From contig NC_042997.1 of assembly GCF_006345805.1 (NCBI RefSeq), positions 191,270,001 to 191,334,000 of the forward strand: a DNA stretch of 64,000 nt. Direction: 5' to 3'. Source of the DNA: Octopus sinensis (taxonomy: Eukaryota). The position numbers and the translations under genes were made by a program. This document shows positions 37,766 to 50,935 of the stretch, piece after piece (the stretch's first letter is position 1; the number at the start of each line of letters is the position of its first letter). The notes under the pieces are model-generated. The model made no database searches. It worked only from the letters and a program-made list of their open reading frames with translations, and was not told where the DNA came from.

Positions 37766-39329
37766 CGATCATACATCTTTACAATCACCTCCTACCACCT
37801 TCAAAAAAGGAAGGTCACGTCGGATAATGTAATCCCAGATACACAATGTCTGAATGAAGGCCAGGATAGTCACTACTGAAACACCTTAGATGAGAAATCT
37901 GCTCAATAAGGATTGAACAGATACTTAACAAAATAACATCAGATTAGAAAAAGACAACCTTACAAAAAAAATAATAAATCTCTCCCACAAAAAGTGGTTT
38001 AGTCATCTGTGAATATTCATATATAACGTTTATGTAATCTTAATTATAGTTGGTTCCCACTATCGCACTGTAAATTTTCTATGGGAAAACTATAAATACT
38101 ATATTTATAGATTTACAATATTTGTCGGTAGTAGATTAAAAAATATATATTTGAATATGGCGCCATAAAATTTTTAAACAGCTATTTGGAAAAGTTTCAT
38201 GGTGCCTTTATTTTGTCATTGCTTTTGTTTTACAGCAGAGGTCAAGGATGTTTTGAATATACATATCATCATCAACAGTTAACGTCTGTTTTCCATGCTG
38301 GCATGGGTTAGACAGCTTGACAGGAACTGGTAAGTCCAAAGCTGCACGAGTCACCATACTCTGTTTTCGTTTGGTTTCTACAGTTGGATGCCCTTCCTAA
38401 CGCCAACCATTCCACGTAAAAAGTGTACTGGGTACTTGCTTTTTACGTGACACCAGCACCCACACCAATGTGTTTTACGTGGCACTTTGGTTTTAGGATT
38501 TCAATTCTGTTCTGGTGGGCAGGTCTTCCTGAGTACAACAATGCACTACGTATCTCATTCGTCTGTCGTCTCCTTCATAAAGTGCAGCATTTTGAGATCA
38601 GCCTTCAATACTTCAACCCATGTCTTCCTGAGTCTTCCTCTCCCAGAACTTCCCTCTACATGTTAACAGGATTAGCGACTCGAGTAATATCTTGTGTAAA
38701 TAATGAATTTTCTTTTTATCTATTGCGCAGTGATCTGAAACTAGGCGCGGTCTCATGAATTTTTCGAGAGGGGGGCATAAGGTCAGAAGGGAATACAATT
38801 CCTGGAGAAAAGGGCATAAAATTATTTAGAAGGACACACTTCTTTTCTTGAGGAGGGGGGCACATGCCCCTCAGCCCTCCTCCTTGGGTACATCCCAGTA
38901 AAACATACATATCAAATGCATTCAAAATATCATTACTCAGTTTAACATACCAGACTATCATATATATATATGTATATATATATAAAGGTAAAGACCCCCT
39001 TCGGTCATGAATGACCATGGGATTGCACCTAGAAAGTTACCCTCCTAGACACAAGTCCGGGCAAGGTTGTTTTTTATGGAAGACCAGCAGTCGCCCATGC
39101 ATACCAGCCTCCCCTCTCCACGCCACCGATGCTATCCAAGGGAAAGACAAAGGTCGATACAGCTTGGCACCAGTGACGTCGCAACTCATTTCTACAGCTG
39201 AGTGAACTGGAGCAACGTGAAATAAAGTTTAATATCGTACCTACTTAAGGCAGCGAGCTGGCAGAATCGTTAGTACGCCGGGCGAAATGCGTAGCCATAT
39301 TTCGTCTGCCGTTACGTTCTGGGTTCAAG

Positions 39330-39384
<55 letters not shown>

Positions 39385-39989
39385 AGATTATCAGATGTGG
39401 TCACAATGTGTTTCACATTGTTTTAGCTTTCAAACGACAGCACCCCACTGACTAGGTGAGCAGGCAAACACTTTTCCTCATCTAAAAGCCATTTCATCAT
39501 GGGGCTATTCATTTACAGCTGGATAGACTGGAACAACGTGAAATGAAGTGTTTAGCTCAAGAACGCAACACGCCACCCAGTCCAGAAATCACATCCATGA
39601 TCTGGCTATCACGAGTACGTTATCCTAACAACTAGGCCATGTACTTTCGGCGTTGTTTACTTGAACAAAACTTTCCATTTCTCATTGTTCCAGTTCACTC
39701 AACTGTGAACGGGTAACCCTGGAACGGAACAACCTTCAGATCAGGGGTAATGTGGGCCAGCAGGGTAGCATAAAACAATGTATATATAAATTTGTCTTTA
39801 TGTCAAGTTGTTATGTCTTCCAATATCATGTTGCCTTAATGTTATGACGATGTTGGGGGTGTACTCAAGGGTGTAGGAATAGTATTACCCAAATAAATAT
39901 GGTTATCTAGAATAACCTTTCACAAAATTAATATGTTCACACAGAACAGGCTTTCTGCTTCCGTACTACGCCAAACGTAAATACGATAT

Positions 39990-40537
39990 TTATTTCTTTT
40001 ATTGCTCACAGGGGGTTAAACATAGAGGGGACAAACAAGGACAGACTAAGGAATTAAGTCGATTACAATGACCCCAGTGCGTAACTTACTTATTTAATCG
40101 ACTCCAACAGGATGAAAGGCAAAGCCGACCTCGAGAGAATTTGAACTCAGAACGTAACAGCAGACGAAATACCTATTTCTTTACTGCCAAGAAGGGGTTA
40201 CACACAGAGGGAACAAACAAGGACAGACAAACGGATTAAGTCGATTATATCGACCCCAGTGCGTAATTGGTACTTTTTTAATCGTGAAAACAAACGAAAT
40301 GCCTATTTCTTTACTACCCACAAGGGGCTAAACACAGAGGATACAAACAAGGACAGACAGACGGATTAAGTCGATTATATCGATCTCCAGTGCGTAACTG
40401 GTACTTATTCAATCGACCCCGAAAGGATGAAAGGCAAAGTCGACCTCGACGGAATTTGAACCCAGAACGTAACGGCAGACGAAATATGGCTACGCATTTC
40501 GCCCGGCGTGCTAACGATTCTGCCAGCTCGCTGCCTT
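39990..40537 (-). mobile_element. Nin/Deu-like SINE, trimer-like
   Basis: Three units (middle one deleted) plus head. Confidence 0.8.
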
Positions 40538-40764
40538 AAGTAGGTACGATATTAAACTAATACAGTAATCCAATACAAACGATCAACATTGTCAACTGCT
40601 GACTGTCAAGTGCCGACACACAGTTTCTTTATTTTATCGAAATGTGTCAGTCCATTTTTGGTCATGTGGGAGTGGTCAGGATCTTTCCACAACACAAGTT
40701 ATAATAAAAACAATTTTACGTCAAACTGAAGGATTACTTAATACTTTTTGTAGAGTTTATACTC

Positions 40765-41165
40765 TTTACTCTTATTCTTTTACTTGTTTCAGTCATTTGA
40801 CTGTGGCCATGCTGGAGCACCGCCTTTAGTCGAGCAATTCGACACCAAGACTTAATCTTTGTAAGCCTAGTACTTATTCTATCGGTCTATTTTGCCGAAC
40901 CGCTAAGTTACGGGGACGTAAACACACCAGCATCGGTTGTCAGGCGATGTTGGGGTACAAACACAGACACAAACATATACACACACATATACATATATAT
41001 TATACATGTATACGACGGGCGTCTTTCAGTTTCCGCCTACCAAATCCACTCACAGGCTTTGGTTGGCCCGAGGCTATAGTAGAAGACACTCGCCCAAGGT
41101 GCCACGCAGTGGGACTGAACCCGGAACCATGTGGTTTCTAAGCAAGCTACTTACCACACAGCCAT
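40765..41165 (-). mobile_element. CORE-like SINE
   Basis: Same family. Confidence 0.85.
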
Positions 41166-41310
41166 ATATTACTCTTTAACAAGAAGTGTTGACAGTAACT
41201 TCAAAGTTTCCACCTGCTTAGCATCACAGCATCGTAATTTTAAGATATCAAGACTATTTAAGCATTTTATCTTATCAAATTCATCCTATGGTTGCGGAAC
41301 TGTTTCTGGT

Positions 41311-41680
41311 GGGGAACACAACCTTTCAGAATGATAATACACCAATTCACACAGCTAAAGTTTTTACTGAATGGCATGAGGAACATTTTAGTGAAGTTGA
41401 ACATTTTATCTGGCCACCACAGTCCCTAGATCTCAATATTATTGAACATTTATGGTGCATTTTAGAAAATCAAGTAAGGAGTCAATATCCTCCACCATCA
41501 TCACTACAAGAACTGGAGAGTGTTTTAGCTGAAGAATGGACAAAATTTCCTTTGGAAACTATTCAAACTTTGTACAAGTCCATAGAATTGAAGCTGTAAT
41601 TACTGCCAAAAGCAGTCCTCCTCCATATTGAAATAAAGTTGCTTGAAATTTTGAGGTGCTTCCATTATTTTGTCCAACCC

Positions 41681-41685
<5 letters not shown>
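41311..41685 (+). mobile_element. Tc1 (DD34E-type) transposase C-terminal remnant plus 3' TIR
   Basis: FQNDNTPIHTAKVFTEW..WPPQSLDLNIIEHLWCILE..LQELESVLAEEWTKFP..IEAVITAK; it ends in ttttgtccaaccc-atgta. Confidence 0.85.
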
Positions 41686-41727
<42 letters not shown>

Positions 41728-42212
41728 ATTTCCTGAAGGTGTATGTGGGTGTACATATCATAACGTACATACATGTATTAAAACTGACTTATAACATGAC
41801 GACACACCCAACCATGTTAACAAGGAAAATAAGGAAATATATATATATATATACACACTCTGAGAGAATCAGAATTTAATGTAAAATACTTAGTAACAAA
41901 GTAGAGTACAAATATTTGTTTTGCTTGGATGCTGTCACTTCACTAAATGAAGTGACAGCAACAAATTAAGATTATATAAACATTATATATATGTATATAC
42001 CTGAGTAAGCACATAAATGTGAAACAGAGTGGGAAGAAATAGTACTTGAATACCAGAGGTAGAGTAATGTACTTTATTATTAAAGATGCAAAAACATCAT
42101 AAAAACTGCTACTCAGAGTTTCACATTCCTGTGCTTGATGAACAGGAATGTGAAATTCTGAGTAGCAGTTTTGGTGATACTTTCATGAAATTTTTGCAGC
42201 TTTAATAATCAA

Positions 42213-42645
42213 GTGTAGGAGTGGCTGTGTGGTAAGTAGGCACAGGTGTGACTGTATGGTAAATAGGCACTCGAGTGGCTGTGTGGTAAGTAGCTTGCTT
42301 ACCAACAACATGGCTCCAGGTTCTTTCCCATTGTGTGACATCATGGGTTTTCTACTATAGCCTCGGGCCGACAAAAGTCTTGTGATTGGATTTGGTAGAC
42401 GGAAACTGAAAGGAGCCCATCGTATATGTATATGTGTGTGTATATATTTGTGTGTCTGTATTTGTCCCCCCAACATCGCTTGCCAACCGATGCTGGTGTG
42501 TTTACATCACTGTAACTTAGCAGTTCAGCAAAAGGGACCAAAAGAATAAGTACTAGGCTTACAAAGAATATGTCCTGGGGTCGATTTGCTCGACTAAAGG
42601 TGGTGCTCCAGCATGGCTGCAGTCAAATGACTGAAACAAATTTAA
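42213..42645 (+). mobile_element. CORE-like SINE with triplicated 5' end
   Basis: Three successive ..gtggctgtgtggtaagtag starts. Confidence 0.85.
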
Positions 42646-42678
42646 AAGAAAGAAAAGAAAAAAAATATATATATATAT

Positions 42679-42957
42679 GTCGAGGCGCAATGGCCCAGTG
42701 GTTAGGGCAGTGGACTCGTGGTCGTAGGATCGCGGTTTCGATTCCCAGACTGGGCATTGTGAGTGTTTATTGAGCGAAAACATCTAAAAGCTCCATGATG
42801 CTCTGGCAAGGGGTGGTGATCCCTGCTGTACTCTTTCACCACTCTTTCTTCTGTTGGCCTGGTCGCTTAGCCAGCGGGGTGGCGTCATTCGAAGGCTAAA
42901 ACAATGTGACCAGCGATGTGTAACAACATCTGATGGTCTGGTCGGTCAAGTGATCAA

Positions 42958-42960
<3 letters not shown>
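42679..42960 (+). mobile_element. tRNA-derived SINE, third family, (TA)n tail
   Basis: A-box tggcccagtggttagg, B-box-like gtttcgattccc; second copy at about 50225-50490 (minus). Confidence 0.8.
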
Positions 42961-42993
<33 letters not shown>

Positions 42994-43363
42994 TATATAC
43001 ACACAGACGCCTGTGAGAGAAAGAGAGAGAGAGAGCACCTAAATGCAAAACAAGATAGAGAAAATAGCACACAAATACCAAAGTTAGAGTAAAACACTGT
43101 ATGAGTGTGTTTATGTGTGTATGTGTGATTATTATCATTAATATCTGAGTTACATGGTGGTAATACAGGTTGAATAGTTTGATAAGATCAGATGAATCAG
43201 GGGATTGCATCATGATCCAATGTCTACTTTGGAGTGGTTTCCTAATGCCACAGCAAGTATGCACATGAAGTGTGCATGCAGGTGGTGAGCTGGCAGAATC
43301 AAAGCCTTGTGAGTGGATTTGGTAGACAGAAACTGAAATGAAGCCCGTCGTATGTGTGTGTGT

Positions 43364-43405
<42 letters not shown>

Positions 43406-43427
43406 AGCATAGAAGGCATCATTAAAC

Positions 43428-43598
43428 AAGGAGTGGCTGTGTGGTAAGTAGCTTGCTTACGAACTACATGGTTCCAGGTTCAGTCCCACTGTATGGCACC
43501 TTGGGCAAGTGTCTTCTACTATAGCCTCGGGCCAACCAAAGCCTTGTGAGTGGATTTGGTAGATGGAAACTGAAAGAAGCCCATTGTATATATGTGTG

Positions 43599-43631
<33 letters not shown>

Positions 43632-43835
43632 ATACGTTTGTGTGTCTGTGTTTGTCCCCCCAGCATCGCTTAACAACTGATGCTGGTGTGTTTATGTCCC
43701 TGTAACATAGCGGTTTGGCAAAAGAGACCAATAGAATATGTACTAGGCTTACAAAGTCCTGGGGGTCAATTTGCTCAACTAAAGGCGGTGCTCCAGCATG
43801 GCCACAATCAAATGACTGAAACAAGTAAAAGAGTA
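43428..43835 (+). mobile_element. CORE-like SINE
   Basis: Same family. Confidence 0.85.
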
Positions 43836-44102
43836 AAGAGAGAGAGAGTGCCATTTCATCCATCTTTCTGTTCTGAGTTCAAATTCCACCAATGTCGATT
43901 TTGCCTTTCATCTTCTCGGGGGTTGACAAAATAAGTACAGTTAAGTACTGAAGTCAATTTAATCAACTCCCTCCCTCCCCACAAACTACTAGCCCTGAGC
44001 CAAAATTTGAAACCAATATTACTGGCCACATTAAAAACCTTAGAATAATGTAGCAGCTAAATCTAACCAAATTTACAGGCCATCATCTCAGAATTAATGA
44101 TT

Positions 44103-44514
44103 GGATCTTTTCGGTTTGAACAGCAGTTTTTTCTAGCAGTGTCATATGAAATTGTCACCCATAATTATGACCCTAGTATCAATCTATTGCATTTCAATCT
44201 GTGTTAGGGTTAGGGGTGGGGGGAAGGGTTTCTGTTTTTCTTCACAAATGTAAATAAACCCAATCTGTTTCTTAAATGAGGGACATATTCATACAGCACA
44301 GAATGTTTTTTACCGCAATAGATGTCAGTGATTGGTTGAAATTGCAGAAATTGAAGAAAAAAAAACAACAAATATCTTACAAACGATAGAATTTTCTCAA
44401 TAAAGCCAAGAGAAAAGGATGTTTTATAAACACATTCTACCAGTGTATGAAGTTTAAAATTTTTTAGTTACCTAGAAATTATGTTAAAAACTGCCATTCA
44501 AACCGAAAAGATCC
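44103..44514. mobile_element. GGATC-TIR MITE, full copy
   Basis: Same TIRs and body as 27165-27574; flanking 7-bp repeat aatgatt. Confidence 0.9.
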
Positions 44515-44826
44515 AATGATTTATTCAATTAAATTATCAATTGTGAGATGATAATTTGTAAATATCTTCAGAGATATCATGCATCACAATAAAAACAAGT
44601 TGTTTATGATCAGAACAAGGGCATTCAACCCAAATTAACATGCTAGTTACTTGAAATCTGTACATCAGTTGTGTTAAACTTGGGATTTACTCTCAAGAGT
44701 ATGATGGGCTGTTATTATATTTTGTGGATTAGTTAATCCAAACAGAACTAACTGGGGCTGCAATGCCCCCATAGATCATTCATAAAGAACACATATTTAT
44801 AACAGAAACCGTCTTTATCAAATAAA

Positions 44827-45250
44827 CAGGAGTGGCTGTGTGGATAGGCATAGGAGTGGCTGTATAGTAAGTAGCTTGCTTATGAACTACAGGGTTCTGT
44901 GTTCAATCCCACTGCATGGCACCTTAGGCAAGTGTTTTCTACTATAGCCTTGGGCCAACCAAAGCTTTGTGAGTGGATTTGGTAGATGGAAACTGAAAGA
45001 AGCCCGTTGTATATATGTATATATATGTGTGTGTGTGCATATATTTGTGTGTCTGTGTTTGTCTCCCCCAACATCGCTTGACAACCGATGCTAGTGTGTT
45101 TACATCCCCGTAACTTAGCGGTTCGGCAAAAGAGACCGATAGGATAAGTACTAGGCTTACAAAGAATAAGTCCTGGGGTTGATTTGCTCGACTAAAAGGC
45201 GGTACTCCAGCATGGCCACAGTCAAATGACTAAAACAAATAAAAGAGAGT
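44827..45250 (+). mobile_element. CORE-like SINE with duplicated 5' end
   Basis: Same family. Confidence 0.85.
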
Positions 45251-45949
45251 AAGTCTAACAATGGTGAGAAACTGTAAGAGTATTTTGCATTGAAATCTAG
45301 TGGAATGTGAAATGCTATGATAAAGTGTGTGTGTGAGAGAGAGAGAGAGAGAAACAGAGCAGCAGAAATGCCAAACCCAGATATTATCAGGTATTAAAAC
45401 CCAGATATTACAAAAATCAGAGATGTTATGCAAGATCAGCAACAAAAATTTAAATTAACAAAATTCAAGTCGAAATATAAGTATACGTAAAAATGTGTGT
45501 GGCTGTGAGCATGTAAATACATTACGTGCAAAGATATACAAATCTACACACACACTCATACACAAAATACAATAGCTGACATTTCAAAGTAACCCCAAAT
45601 CTCTTCTTTCATTAAGAACGATGACCTACAGATCAGCACAGGAAGGAGTAACAGTTCTCAAGAGTTTCTCAACTAAAACAGTGGTAACCTGTTATTGTAG
45701 TAGATTCCTCTACACACAGTCAAGTCGATGAGATTAGAATGTATATGATATACAACCGTGAGGTAGGTAGGTAGGGTATGTCATACGATGTGATTTATTA
45801 TGACAAAATAAAATAGTTCAAAGTAACTGGATCTGGACAGTAAAAGAAAATTTTGACTGAATGAATGTATGTATGTTTAAGCAAATATTATGTAAGTAAA
45901 TGTTATGTATGTGTTTGCCTATATATATATATATATATATATATATAAT

Positions 45950-46146
45950 CTTTTATTACTCTTTTACTTGTTTCAGTCATTTGACTGCGGCCATGCTGGA
46001 GCACCGCCTTTAATCAAGCAACTCAAACCCGGGACTTATTCTTTTGTAGGCCCAGTACTTATTCAATCGGTCTCTTTTGCCGAACCGCTAAGTAACGGGG
46101 ACATAAACACACCAGCATCGGTTGTCAAGCAATGCTAGGGGGACAA

Positions 46147-46180
<34 letters not shown>

Positions 46181-46360
46181 TATATATACATATATACGAC
46201 GGGCTTCTTTCAGTTTCCGTCTACCAAATCCACTGACAAGGCTTTGGTCGGCCCGAGGCTATAGTAGAAGACACTTGCCCAAGATGCCACGCAGTGGGAC
46301 TGAACCCGGAACCATGTGGTTGGTAAACAAGCTACTTACCACACAGCCACTCCTGCGCCT
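45950..46360 (-). mobile_element. CORE-like SINE
   Basis: Same family. Confidence 0.85.
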
Positions 46361-46385
46361 ATATATATATATATTATATATATAT

Positions 46386-46480
<95 letters not shown>

Positions 46481-46482
46481 AG

Positions 46483-46782
46483 ATTAGAACGAACCACCTT
46501 TTATCAATTCAAAATGAATAATTAAATTACACCATCTAGAAAATTACATATAACAGAAATATTAAAATTAAAATATCAATAAAATATCAATGATTAAGTA
46601 AATTGCAAAAAAAATAATAAAAACGTGTATAACTAATTATATACGTTTTTATTTTTTTTTTTTTGCAATTTACTTAATCATTGGTATTTTATTGTTATTT
46701 TAATATTTCTATTATATGTAATTTTCTAGATGGTGTAATTTAATTGTTCATTTTGAATTGATAAAAGGTGGTTCTTTCTAAT
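46483..46782. repeat. About 300-bp near-perfect palindrome embedded in (TA)n
   Basis: attagaacgaaccaccttttatcaattcaaaatg ... cattttgaattgataaaaggtggttctttctaat, centred at about 46635. Confidence 0.9.
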
Positions 46783-46887
46783 TTTTTATATATATATATA
46801 TTATATTGTGTGAAATTTGATTTAGTACTTCTAAATTGAATTTTTTCCCTGTAAGTTAGGATTAATATTCCCTCAAACAATAATTAT

Positions 46888-46936
<49 letters not shown>

Positions 46937-47621
46937 CAAGAGACAGAGAGAGATGTAAATATATATAAAAGTATACACACACGGTGGAGGTATTTTTTTT
47001 AAAAAAAGAACAATGATAAACATTTTTTTCAAATTATATATTCAAACAGAAAACATTTCAAAGGAAAATCAACCTCAGGTTACCAACTGTATAATGAAAA
47101 ACTTGTAACTCAGAGTACTGCAAATAAGAGCCTTTCAGTTAAAATATATTAAATAGTACTCTACACTTAGGTAAGTTATCTTATTGCTTCTGGTGAATCA
47201 ACATATATACATATATATATATATTTGTCAAAAGCCTGATGACTGCGTAAAACATAAAAATACTAGTTTATTTCAATAATGTAAATTTGTAAAACTTGTA
47301 AATAATAAAACGTAAAAATCAGACTAAGTTGGATTTCATTGATTAATATGTACATATATATACACACACATACAATTAGGAAAGAGAACTAAAACATCTC
47401 CATTGGATAAATGTTAATTAATCTTTAACCTCTCAGACAAGATCACATTTCCAAATACAGGAAATACAAATATTTTATTCAGTAATTGCTGGTGCATTAA
47501 CTTTGTTTCAGTGCTATACTGCATATCAAAATATATCTTAGATTTTTAATGAATACTATATATAGACTGACATAAACACTTTGTCTACACACAATAGATT
47601 AGTGGACAGAAAAAAAAAAAA

Positions 47622-47670
47622 GGATCAACCAGACTGGTTTCAATCTTGAATTGGGATTTCATCAGAGACT
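47622..47670 (-). ncRNA. Hammerhead-like motif with weak stem I
   Basis: Minus strand reads agtct-CTGATGA-aatc ccaattcaa gatt-GAAAC-cagtctg-GTT-gatcc. Core, stem II and stem III are intact; stem I pairs poorly. Confidence 0.4.
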
Positions 47671-49863
47671 GATAACCCTAGGTCAAATGACAAACATACT
47701 GGGCCTTACATGAAATTTTTGCATAGCGTTCACAACACATATAGTGAAGACACCAAAACTAGTTTGACATGCACAAAGGAGAGCTTGCTAGCAAGTAAAG
47801 GCTGTAGAAACATATACAATGAATTATTAACAGACTAAAGCATTTGAAAACCAGAAACTGCCAGCCCTTCAGGATATATGAATATTTTTAAAGCAACGAA
47901 AGCAATCTATTATCTCAGTAAAGCAGATCCATCACCTCCTAAAATTACACAAAACTTATAAAAGAACAAGCAACTATGAATAATTAGTGGTAACAACATT
48001 CCAAAGACTTGTCTAATCATGACTGTGCAGCTAACAATAGATCGCTGGACAATACTGCACCAAGACTAAAGACAATTCAGATTCATTAACTGACATTGCA
48101 GAAACTTAAAAAGGCAAGTGAGACCATAACCTCGAGGCCTATGCCAGGGCTATAACCAGTCCACTTATGCCTTTCCTTCCTTGGACACTAAACTCTGCAT
48201 GCGAAGACCTGTTGACGCAAGTGAAATTGAAATCAAAATCAAACTCGATTGCGAAGACATGTTGAGGTAAGTGAAATCGAAATCGAACTCAGTGTCTCGC
48301 ATCCATCGCTAGTGGAGCGCTAAGAGTACCATACGAGTGAGATTGTTGCCAGTGCACCAAGCTGGCCTTCGTGCCGATAGCATGTTAAAAACACCATTCG
48401 AGCGTGATCGTTACCTGCGTTGCCTTACTAGCACTTGTGCTGGGGGGACAGGAAAAAACATTCAAGCGAGGTCGTTGCCAGTGCCACTGGACTGGCTCCT
48501 GTGCAGGTGGCACATAAAAAGCACCATTTGAGTATGACCGTTGCCAGTACCGCCTGACTGGCCCTCAAGCCGGCGACACGTAAAAGCACCCACTACACTC
48601 TCGGAGTGGTTGGCATTAGGAAGGGCATCAAGCTGTAGAAACTCTGCCAAATCAGATTGAAGCCTGGTGCAGCCATCTGGTTTGCCAGTCCTCAGTCAAA
48701 TCGTCCAAACCATGCCAGCATGGAAAGCAGGCGTTAAACGATGATGATGAGGAGGAGGATTCCCTAAAAAACAAGGCACTCATGTCTCATGGAATTCTAG
48801 CTAAGATATATAAATTTAGGACTGAAGCACTAGCAACAAAGCTTCATGCCAGATGAGATAGATACCAATTGACTTTAGAGATGAAACCATTATTAGCATG
48901 TTCAAAAGGGAGACAAATCAGCTTATGGAACCTACAAAAGAATCTTACTTTAGTCCAGTTCTGGAAAAATTCTGGTTAGAATCCTGCTCAACTAACATAT
49001 CCCATTAAAGTCTTAGTTTGATTGCACAACTTTTTAGACATGACATCGATATGATTTTCTGTGCTTTTCTGAGCAGCACAAACCATCGTAATTATACATG
49101 ACTTTCTTTCACCAAGTCCTGTGGAAGAGCTAACAAAATTTGGCTGCCAACAAAAGTCTGATATGATCACACTAATTTTGCATGTTATACATGAAGCCTA
49201 ATGTGTATATATGGCATAATCTGTACTCCACTCATTTGCAGAAAGAAGCCTTCAAAATCTAAGGCACAGGAATGGCTGTGTGGTTAAGAAGTTTACTTTG
49301 TAAGAATATAGTTTTGGATTCAGTCCCACTGCACAGTGCCTTGGGCAAGTGTCTTCTACTATAGCACCAGGCAGACCAATGCCTTGTGAATGAATTTGGT
49401 AGACAGAAACAGTGTGGAATATTGTGTGTATGTGTGTGTGTTTAAATAGGTACAGGAGTGGTTGTGTGGTAAATAGCTTGCTTACCAATCACATGGTTCT
49501 GGGTTCAGTCCCACTACATGGCACCTTGGGCAGTGTCTTCTGTTATAGCTAGAGCCAACCAAAGCCTTGTGAGTGGATTTGGTAGACAGAAACTGAAATG
49601 AAGCTCGTCGTATGTGTGTGTGGCATATATATATATATACATACATATATATATATACATACATATATAATCATACAATATATATACATACATTCTATAT
49701 ATATACATACATATATATATTATATATATATTATATATATATATATACAATAAAAGCAATTAAGATTCAAGTCAATTCTAATGAATTTACTTGAATGCGG
49801 TGCTTAACTTAGATGCACAGGAAAACTATTATGGTGTAACCATACAGTAATGTGGGGTGATTA

Positions 49864-50210
49864 TAAACGAGAAAGAAGCAACAAGAATGGATTAGTTTTT
49901 AGTACAATTGTTTCATACGAAGACAGGCTTTATTAAAAGTTGCAAATATGCAGCAGATAAAAGTGTCCCGTACTCATCAGCTAACTTAAAACACCATATG
50001 AGTCTCCAAACATCTTAGTGGGTGAGGCTACACTTGAAGTATTGGAGATAATTTCATTAAAAGCAGATTTAGGTTATAAACAGACTTCCGAAGTTCTTTA
50101 ATGATGATGCACAGTCTTATCACAGGTTTTTAAAAAAAGCTTATTAGCTTCACAGAGAAGGTGAATTAATCCATAGTGTAGATGTAAAATTGTTGCTTCT
50201 TTCTCGTTTA
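49864..50210. mobile_element. About 350-bp element bounded by 21-bp perfect inverted repeats, carrying a hammerhead motif
   Basis: taaacgagaaagaagcaacaa at 49864-49884 and its reverse complement at 50190-50210. Confidence 0.6.
49900..49985 (-). ncRNA. Minimal type I hammerhead ribozyme motif with palindromic stem III
   Basis: Minus strand reads ttag-CTGATGA-gtacgggaca...tgtcttcgtat-GAAAC-aatt-GTA-ctaa. Stem I ttag/ctaa, about 10-bp stem II with a long loop, palindromic ACAATTGT stem III and GUA triplet. Confidence 0.7.
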
Positions 50211-50224
50211 TTTATATATATATA

Positions 50225-50484
50225 TATCATGTAATCACGTGACCGACCAGACCATCAGATGTTGTTACACATCGCTGGTCACAATACGTTCGCATTGTTT
50301 TAGCCTTCGAATGACGCCACCCCGCTGGCTAAGCGAGCAGGCCAACAGAAGAAAGAGTGGTGAAAGAGTACAGCAGGGATCACCAACCCCTGCAGGAGCG
50401 TCGTGAAGCTTTTAGGTGTTTTCGCTCAATAAACACTCACAACGACCGCGAGTCCCTGCCCTAACCACTGGGCCGTTGCGCCTC

Positions 50485-50490
<6 letters not shown>
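50225..50490 (-). mobile_element. tRNA-derived SINE, same family as 42679
   Basis: Reverse complement match over head, body and tail. Confidence 0.8.
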
Positions 50491-50552
<62 letters not shown>

Positions 50553-50849
50553 AGCATAGAAGGCATCATTAAACAATGATGATGATGATGATGTTCTGAG
50601 TGTTCAAATAGATGTACCACTATAATTCCAGTTTGAGCACAGTTGAAGTTGTGGTTCGTGACTGTCTTTTTCAAAATGGCTAGAAGTGGCTTCCCCTTGA
50701 GTCAGTAGGTATAGGTCAATGTAATGAGGAAAGGTAAGCCTTTCTTTATGTAGCTAAATTGAATTGAATTAAATTATTCAATTAAACATCTTTATCAAGT
50801 CTTGCCTAATTGTTAACCTTTCTTCACTACTTTAATCTATCTATCTATC

Positions 50850-50880
<31 letters not shown>

Positions 50881-50903
50881 ACATATTTACATGTATATAT
50901 ATG

Positions 50904-50935
<32 letters not shown>

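Noticed and set aside
48988-49110. Acceptor-like tcttccacag followed by an open frame on minus
   Set aside because: No recognisable homology; compatible with chance in AT-rich DNA.
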